Of a stretch of DNA of 51,206 nt, positions 50,243 through 51,206 are shown one piece after another. The stretch is from Octopus bimaculoides (taxonomy: Eukaryota), in assembly GCF_001194135.2 (NCBI RefSeq), contig NC_068991.1:44913869-44965074 (forward strand). The letters are read 5' to 3'. The translations under genes and the position numbers were made by a program. Numbering within the stretch: the stretch's first letter is position 1; every line of letters starts with the position of its first letter. The notes beneath the pieces were generated by a model. It did not search any database. It saw only the letters and a program-made list of their open reading frames with translations, and was not told where the DNA came from.

Positions 50243-50372
50243 CATACCTACCTAGCTACCTACCTAGCTACCTACCTACCTAGCTACCCACCTACTTACC
50301 TACCTACTTACCTACCTACTTACCTACCTACCTACCTACCTACCTACCTACCTACCTACCTACCTATCTATC
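50190..50372. repeat. (TATC)n/(CTAC)n compound microsatellite
   Basis: Directly visible. Confidence 0.95.
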
Positions 50373-50420
50373 TGCACACACGCATACACACACGCGCACG
50401 CACACATGTTAGGAATTTAT

Positions 50421-50830
50421 AGGCGTAGGCGTAGCTTTGTGGTAAGAAGCTTGCTTTCCAACTTCATGGTTCCGGGTTTCGTTCCACTGCGTGACAACTT
50501 GGGCGAATATCTTCTACTATTGACACGGGCCGATAAAACCCTTGTGAGCAGATTTAGTAAATGGAAACTGAAAGAAGCCCATCGTATATATTTATATGTG
50601 TGTATTTGTGTGTGTGTCTGTGTTTGTCCCCCGCTATCGCTTGAAAACCGATCCTGGTGCAGTTACGTCCCCGTAACTTAGCAGTTTGGAAAAAAGATAC
50701 TCATAGAATCAGTACTAGGTTTACAAAGAATGAGTCCCGGGGTCGATTTCTTCGACTAAAACCCTTAAAGGCGGTGCTCCAGCATGGCCACAGTCAAGTG
50801 ACTGAAACAAGTAAAAGTATAAAAGAATGA
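50421..50830 (+). mobile_element. tRNA-derived SINE family C with internal TA/TG microsatellite
   Basis: tRNA-like head (GTAGCTTTGTGGTAAGAAGC...GGTTCCGGGTTTCGTTCC), then CTTGGGCGAATATCTTCTACTA, and a 3' part ending GACTGAAACAAGTAAAAG with an A-rich tail. Confidence 0.85.
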
Positions 50831-50865
50831 AAGAATATGTGTATGTGTGTGTGTGTATATATATG

Positions 50866-50915
<50 letters not shown>

Positions 50916-51166
50916 TGTATGTATTATGTATATGCATGTATATGTATATAGATACATAGACAGCTAAATTGACATTGAGATAAATAGATATAATGCATGT
51001 GCAATAAGTAAATAATCAAGGCTGGCAGTAGACCTTATTAATGTATATTGTTAACACACACACATACACACACACACATACACACACACACATATGCGTG
51101 TGTATAAGTGTACGATGTAAATTTAAGTGGCACTGAAAATATACATACACATACACACATGCATAT

Positions 51167-51206
<40 letters not shown>

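Overview
AT-rich eukaryotic genomic DNA from a short-read draft assembly. It has about 15 N-gaps, most flanked by microsatellites. The SINE families, microsatellite density and transposon mix look like a coleoid cephalopod (Octopus-like) intronic or intergenic region; the taxon is inferred from recalled repeat patterns, not from a search. I found no recognisable host gene, rRNA, true tRNA or CRISPR array, and most ORFs in the track are artefacts of microsatellites or N-runs. The window is a dense mix of decayed mobile DNA: Tc1 (D34E), several mariner (D34D) copies including one full-length element with TIRs, two maT (D37D) copies, a Helitron helicase remnant, a TA-flanked fold-back MITE, LINE fragments (CR1 group, RTE, R4/Dong, I group), Penelope GIY-YIG remnants, and at least four tRNA-derived SINE families. 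The best leads are a mariner built from two inverted 5' ends with a microhomology junction; an RTE C-terminus carrying tandem C2H2 zinc fingers; a mariner sitting in the loop of a head-to-head SINE palindrome; a frameshift shared by two mariner copies; a 57-bp tandem duplication with coding-like divergence in a unique island near 28.3-29.0 kb; and a weak, phase-compatible chain of minus-strand exon candidates.
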